Source: Nanobdellota archaeon (GTDB lineage Archaea > Nanobdellota > Nanobdellia > Woesearchaeales > UBA583). Taken from it: 64,000 nucleotides of DNA. Positions 59,398 to 64,000 of the stretch are shown one piece after another. Position 1 is the stretch's first letter. The number at the start of each line of letters is the position of its first letter. The DNA is taken from the NCBI GenBank assembly GCA_022565615.1, contig JAIUMM010000001.1:11680-75679 (forward strand). Reading direction: 5' to 3'. The notes below the pieces were generated by a model that worked only from the letters and a program-made list of their open reading frames with translations, ran no database searches and was not told the origin of the DNA. Both the position numbers and the translations under genes were made by a program.

Positions 59398-60627
59398 TTA
59401 TTTTTTTTCTAAATTTGAAATTAGATTTTTTAACCTTCTAATTAAGTCATCATATGTGATTATATCTACAATATTTTTGTATTTTCTTTTTATAATCTCA
59501 AAATCTTTTATTTGTTCAACATTTAAATCCTTTTCCTGACCCATTACTATAATTCCATTAGGATTTACAACATTTAAATCTAAATCTTGAGGGATTTTTC
59601 TATTTTTCTTATAATTTTCAGTTAGTTTTTTTTCTCCTATTTCTCCCCATCGTTTTAAATAATAAATATATTTTTCCAATTGCATTATTGTACCTATCAA
59701 ATCTCTTTTAGGAATATAATTTTTCCTGTAAGTTGGTTTTTCTGAAATAATGTGATTTAATTTTGGACTTTTTATTTCAATAATATCTAAATTGCCATTA
59801 TTATCTACTAAAACAAAATCTAAATATCTATTTTTATTTGAATCTGCTTTAATATTAACATTTTCTAGTAAAACTATATATTTTGGATATAATAATAGGA
59901 GAATATCAAATATTTCTTTTTGCCAAATTTTTTCAGCAATTATATTTTTTTCAGATAACATATTTTCTAATTTATTTAAAATTTTTTTATATTTCACCAA
60001 TTCATATTCTTTGAACTCATCAAATATAAATTTTCCTTTATAGGTGTTTTTTTTATTTAAATAATTTTGAAATTTTTCAACACCTTCTACAGTACTTTCA
60101 AGATAATCGCTAAGAATTGGAGTTATTTTTGAATCAACATATTTTTGTATTTCGTAATAATTAGGAATTTCTTTTTTTATACGAAATAAAACTTCAATTG
60201 GAATCATATTTATATTATTTCCACCTATATAAATATCTTCTTGAACTAATTTATCAATTTTATTCAAAAAATTAATTTTAATTTTAGGTGTTCGTTTTAT
60301 TAAAAATAGATCTAAATTAATATTTATAGATTTATGAATATAAATATTATTTTTTTGTAATAATATATTTTCTAAAATTTTAAAGTATTCTTTATCATTG
60401 TCTAATTCACCAATTTTAAACTCTACTTTGCTATTTTTTTCTAAATCTTCAGAATATTCTTTTCTTTTATTATCGTTAAAACTTATCAAATTATTTGATT
60501 TAAGATGAAATATTTTTTCAGAAACAAAATTATTATCATCTATATATTTTTTTATCCAATCAATTGTAAATTCAGATTCAATAATTAAGATTAAATTTCC
60601 TTTTCTTTTTTCTAAAGTAAGTTCCAT
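59398..60627 (-). CDS. Shedu (DUF4263)-like PD-(D/E)xK nuclease; candidate antiviral defence protein
   Basis: C-terminal core RYLDFVLVDNNGNLDIIEIKSPKL...GTIMQLEKYIYYL (D ... ExK ... Q) is followed by GIIVMGQEKD and the terminal ITYDDLI. This fits my recollection of the DUF4263 consensus. The variable N-terminal domain is K/N-rich. Confidence 0.5.
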   Translation of the reverse strand: MELTLEKRKGNLILIIESEFTIDWIKKYIDDNNFVSEKIFHLKSNNLISFNDNKRKEYSEDLEKNSKVEFKIGELDNDKEYFKILENILLQKNNIYIHKSININLDLFLIKRTPKIKINFLNKIDKLVQEDIYIGGNNINMIPIEVLFRIKKEIPNYYEIQKYVDSKITPILSDYLESTVEGVEKFQNYLNKKNTYKGKFIFDEFKEYELVKYKKILNKLENMLSEKNIIAEKIWQKEIFDILLLLYPKYIVLLENVNIKADSNKNRYLDFVLVDNNGNLDIIEIKSPKLNHIISEKPTYRKNYIPKRDLIGTIMQLEKYIYYLKRWGEIGEKKLTENYKKNRKIPQDLDLNVVNPNGIIVMGQEKDLNVEQIKDFEIIKRKYKNIVDIITYDDLIRRLKNLISNLEKK

Positions 60628-60848
60628 AAATAATTTTTAATTTTGATTCTTTTTAAATATATTTTTTAAATTGGAAAATAGTTCCAAAAAAAATTAAAAA
60701 GAAAAGTTAACTACTTCTATTTAAGGGAAAAATCATTAAAATGTTAAGAAAATCTAAAAAGTGAAGTAAAATATTTTTTACGAATGAAGAATCAAATTAC
60801 AATTAGTGGTAATAAATTTATTTAAAATAAATCAATTTATAAGCTATT

Positions 60849-61136
60849 ATGAAAACAACAAAAGTTTTACAATTAATTACTGCTATTTTAGAAGGAATTT
60901 TAGCAGTTCCAATTTTAGGAGGTTTATTAGTAATTTCTACACTTTGGACAATTTTAGGTGTTGCACTAGTATTACATATAGTAACATTAGTTATAGCAAG
61001 TAGGGAAGGATATTCATTTTCAGGAAGTATTGTAGGAGTTATAGCATCAGTTCTAGGTTGGATTCCAGTTGTAGGTTGGGGATTACATACAGCAGCAGCA
61101 ATTACATTACTTGTAAATTTTGTAAGTAAAAAATAA
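60849..61136 (+). CDS. small 2-3 TM membrane protein, translationally coupled to the following amidohydrolase gene
   Basis: 95 aa with Gly-rich TM helices. Its stop overlaps the next start (ATGG). Confidence 0.45.
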   Translation: MKTTKVLQLITAILEGILAVPILGGLLVISTLWTILGVALVLHIVTLVIASREGYSFSGSIVGVIASVLGWIPVVGWGLHTAAAITLLVNFVSKK

Positions 61137-61966
61137 TGGAATTTATTAATTTAATAACTCAAGAAACTATTGGACTTAAAGAAGAAGAATTTGTAACAAT
61201 AAAGTATTATGACAAATTAAGTCTTATTTTATCAATTCCTCATTCATCCACTTTAGTAGATAGAAGATGTTTAGAGTTTAGAAACTTCACAAAGAGTATA
61301 TTATTAGATACAGACATACATACAAGTATGGTATATGCTTTAGAAATAGGAACAACTATTCAAGGAGTATGTAATCCATATATGGTAAATTATTCAAGAA
61401 ATAGACAAAGTATTAATGATAAAAGAGGAGTTATGCCATGGGAATTTTTAGATTCTACAACTATATTAAAACAAGAATATTCTCAAGAATTGCAAGAAGA
61501 ATTACTAAACTCATATTATGACAAATATCATTTAGAATTAGAAAAAGAGATTTTAAAAAAAATTGAAAAAAATGGTTTTGCTCTTCTCATTGATTGTCAT
61601 TCAATGGCTAAAGTTCCAATTAAAAATTGTGTTGCAACATCTCAAGAAATTAGACCTGAAATTTGCATTGGAACACTAGAAGGTAAAAGTACTGAGTTAG
61701 AAATAGTACAAAAATTACAATCTTTTTTTCAAAAAAATGGATATGAAACAACAATCGATAAACCTTACAAAGGAGGATATATCACACAAAAATATTCTTC
61801 AATTAAAAATACGCATGTTATCCAAATTGAGATTTCAAAAGAACTATATTGTTTTAATTCTCTTCAAGAGAATTTTAAAATTAAATCATATGAGACGAAT
61901 AAATTACAAAAAACTCTAAGAGAAGGATTTTTACAATTTTATAAACTTTTGGAAAAGAAATACTAA
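61136..61966 (+). CDS. N-formylglutamate amidohydrolase (FGase)-family zinc hydrolase
   Basis: SIPHSS near the N-terminus and LLIDCHSM (the D-x-HSM hallmark of PF05013). Confidence 0.5.
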   Translation: MEFINLITQETIGLKEEEFVTIKYYDKLSLILSIPHSSTLVDRRCLEFRNFTKSILLDTDIHTSMVYALEIGTTIQGVCNPYMVNYSRNRQSINDKRGVMPWEFLDSTTILKQEYSQELQEELLNSYYDKYHLELEKEILKKIEKNGFALLIDCHSMAKVPIKNCVATSQEIRPEICIGTLEGKSTELEIVQKLQSFFQKNGYETTIDKPYKGGYITQKYSSIKNTHVIQIEISKELYCFNSLQENFKIKSYETNKLQKTLREGFLQFYKLLEKKY

Positions 61967-62016
61967 ATTTAAAAGTACAAAAATTTAAAAAAAACAATGT
62001 TAACTAATGATGTATC

Positions 62017-62598
62017 ATGAACAAAATTATGATAACTATACTAATGATTATCTCTTTAATTTTTGCAGGATGTTCATCAAATTCAGATGAACAAAATTCA
62101 CAAGATATTAGAGAAAATATGGAAACTATGGCAGAAAAAAATGGAGCAGAAGTTCCCTTCAATGAAGAGCAACTTAATGAAGTTGAAGAAACTATAAGTG
62201 AGTCTTTAGAAAACATACAAAATGTTGAACAAGAGGTTCTTGAAGATAGAGTTGTATTTGATGATGAAAATTCAACTCTAAGAGTTGAAGATGGAAGAGT
62301 AATTGCTCAAGTTAATAGAAGTGTAGATTTTGAAGCTAGACCTTTTAGTGAATGGTGTATTAATGGTGAAACATACACATTTGAAGGAGAGGATGGGGAT
62401 ATTGAATCAGTAATTCAAGGAGTATCAACTCATAACGGAATTCAAGTTTGTGAAGCACATCATACTATGGTTCAAGAAACTCCAATTGGAACTTTTGAAA
62501 TTAATACAGTATATTTCATTAATGAAGATATTACAAAATTATGGATTGTAACTGATTTTATGGGTCAAGTTAGTGAAACAGAAATTGAATTACAATAA
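62017..62598 (+). CDS. acidic secreted lipoprotein candidate
   Basis: Signal peptide ending in the lipobox-like FAGC. The mature protein is very acidic. Confidence 0.45.
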   Translation: MNKIMITILMIISLIFAGCSSNSDEQNSQDIRENMETMAEKNGAEVPFNEEQLNEVEETISESLENIQNVEQEVLEDRVVFDDENSTLRVEDGRVIAQVNRSVDFEARPFSEWCINGETYTFEGEDGDIESVIQGVSTHNGIQVCEAHHTMVQETPIGTFEINTVYFINEDITKLWIVTDFMGQVSETEIELQ

Positions 62599-62599
62599 A

Positions 62600-62638
<39 letters not shown>

Positions 62639-62750
62639 CAATAAAATATAATCCTATCATTCTAATAAACAAAATAAAATTCAGAACTAACTTATTATTT
62701 AAAGTGTATTTTATTTTAGAAATATTTGTTAAATTTAAATATGTATTTAA

Positions 62751-62783
62751 TAATTTAATTTAATTTAATTTAATTTAATTTAA
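62751..62783. repeat. (TAATT)6 pentanucleotide tandem repeat overlapping the stop codon of the PKD-protein gene
   Basis: TAATTTAATTTAATTTAATTTAATTTAATTTAA. The minus-strand stop TAA is the reverse complement of 62780-62782. Confidence 0.8.
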
Positions 62784-64000
62784 CAATTTGAACATGAAGC
62801 AGGAAGTGAAATTCCACTCTCTCTTCCAAATCCTTCTTCATTTTGTCCAATAGTATATGTTGGAAGCATTGAGTTTTCACCTACTCTTATATGAGTAAGT
62901 TTACTCTCTCTTACACCATTGTGAGTCATTGTAATTCTTACTAAATATGTACCATCTTCAGTTCCTTGTGGAACCATAATGTTCATAGGAACTACTCTTT
63001 CTTCAAATGGTTGAAGAACATATCTTCCATTACTTTGAACAAATATTTGTTGACCAGTAATTGTATACTCAACAGTTTTCACTTCATTTTCATTATTAAT
63101 TAATACAACTGAGAACTGGTTATATCCAGACTTAAATGTTGAATCTTGTAATAATGTAGTTAGGTGATTTCTAAAGTCAATACCCTGTCCTCTAATTGAA
63201 GGAATTCCTGCTTCTTGAGTTGGTCTAATAAATGTAATTGGAGCTGATCGTTGATCAATAAATCCATAATTATCCCAAAACTCTACAACAAGAGTACACT
63301 CTTTATCATATTCAACTCTAAGTTGGAAATCATTAATGAATAATTCAAAGTCAAATACTACATCATTCATCATATTTCTACTCTTCAAAGCTGCATTAAT
63401 CCATTGTTCATTTTGAAGACTATTTACAACTCCATCTTCACATACAATGTATGGTCTAAATCTTGTAACTCTTTGAGCAAGTGTTTCATTTGCAAATGTA
63501 ATTGTAACATCTACATTACTATTATCACCAGACTCAGTATCAACAATAATACTCTGATTTTCTAACTTATCTTCTTCTCTAAACACTAATACTGAATCAC
63601 TAAGTTCAACAGTATTTCCTCTCTCATCTACTCCTCTTGCAGTAAATGTGTAACTACCACCAACTACATTAGTAAGAGTAATTGTCTCAACACATTCATT
63701 TCCAATAATAACGCCATTATTGAATACTTCACATGTTACACTTAAATTTTGAGGATGAGTAATATTTACATTTACTTCAATATTTGAAGGTTCAAATGAT
63801 TGTTTAGGTGTTGCAACAAGTGTTCCTTGTGGACTTAGAGCTTCAATTACTTCAACTTGTTCAACTAATACAACAGTATTTCCATTTTTATCTACAGTTG
63901 TAAGTGTTACATCATACTCTCCAATTTGATTATACGAAGTATTTAGTGTAAAGTTCCCAATACAATTCCCTCCTCCAATTGCTTGAAGAAGTCTTCCATT
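62780..64000 (-). CDS. PKD/Ig-like repeat-containing surface protein, 3' portion; the gene continues beyond the window end
   Basis: The minus-strand frame is open from the window edge. It translates to ...GEYDVTLTTVDKNGNTVVL... (PKD-like), then ...SYTFTARGVDERGNTVELSDSVLVFREED... continuing into the listed 268-aa ORF. The listed start at 63586 is a GTG inside a longer open frame. Confidence 0.55.
   Translation of the reverse strand, partial: NGRLLQAIGGGNCIGNFTLNTSYNQIGEYDVTLTTVDKNGNTVVLVEQVEVIEALSPQGTLVATPKQSFEPSNIEVNVNITHPQNLSVTCEVFNNGVIIGNECVETITLTNVVGGSYTFTARGVDERGNTVELSDSVLVFREEDKLENQSIIVDTESGDNSNVDVTITFANETLAQRVTRFRPYIVCEDGVVNSLQNEQWINAALKSRNMMNDVVFDFELFINDFQLRVEYDKECTLVVEFWDNYGFIDQRSAPITFIRPTQEAGIPSIRGQGIDFRNHLTTLLQDSTFKSGYNQFSVVLINNENEVKTVEYTITGQQIFVQSNGRYVLQPFEERVVPMNIMVPQGTEDGTYLVRITMTHNGVRESKLTHIRVGENSMLPTYTIGQNEEGFGRESGISLPASCSNC

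Noticed and set aside
63586-63700. Apparent gene start or in-frame stop separating the 268-aa ORF from upstream PKD-like coding sequence
   Set aside because: A careful re-read shows one continuous open frame on the minus strand from the window edge through 63586. The listed M is an internal GTG. An apparent stop and frameshift came from my mis-chunking of a 10-nt block, so no pseudogene call is made.

Overview
This is a gene-dense window from a very AT-rich genome that is almost certainly archaeal and probably DPANN-like, with no introns visible. It carries archaeal/eukaryote-type informational genes: aEF-2 (diphthamide loop present), MCM, aCPSF1 (FttA) with KH domains plus a beta-CASP nuclease, Cbf5, the A-type ATPase A subunit, and an rpl21e-rpoF-DUF655 cluster. 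It also carries tiny rpl37e and rpl41e genes that the 60-aa ORF cut-off missed. Housekeeping enzymes include ArgRS, TrxR, family II pyrophosphatase, MsrA/MsrB, LemA-HtpX, SppA, a DEAD-box helicase, a SNF2 helicase and a ThyA-like enzyme with an odd N-terminal extension. There is a layer of bacterial-like accessory genes: GrpE, RadC, a BolA plus monothiol Grx pair, and a Tat-signal GH73 peptidoglycan glucosaminidase. There are large secreted surface proteins (LamG/ConA-like, PKD, one with a pilin-like signal). There is an 1861-aa hyper-acidic coiled-coil repeat protein. There are two type II toxin-antitoxin pairs (RelBE-like and MazEF-like), a possible HEPN (Rx4H) protein in a cluster co-directional with MCM, and a Shedu (DUF4263)-like PD-(D/E)xK nuclease next to a small membrane protein and an FGase-like amidohydrolase. 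I found no rRNA, tRNA or CRISPR array. Several intergenic oddities stand out: short direct repeats that duplicate promoter or start-codon sequence around 66-83 nt hairpin-containing inserts (upstream of EF-2 and of the thyA-like gene); a duplicated 3' end of htpX; a 120-nt GC-rich island between convergent genes; and tandem degenerate hairpin repeats. The best candidates for an undescribed system are the Shedu-like nuclease cluster and the exported GH73 lysin in an archaeon. Both calls come from motif recognition by eye and need profile or structure confirmation.
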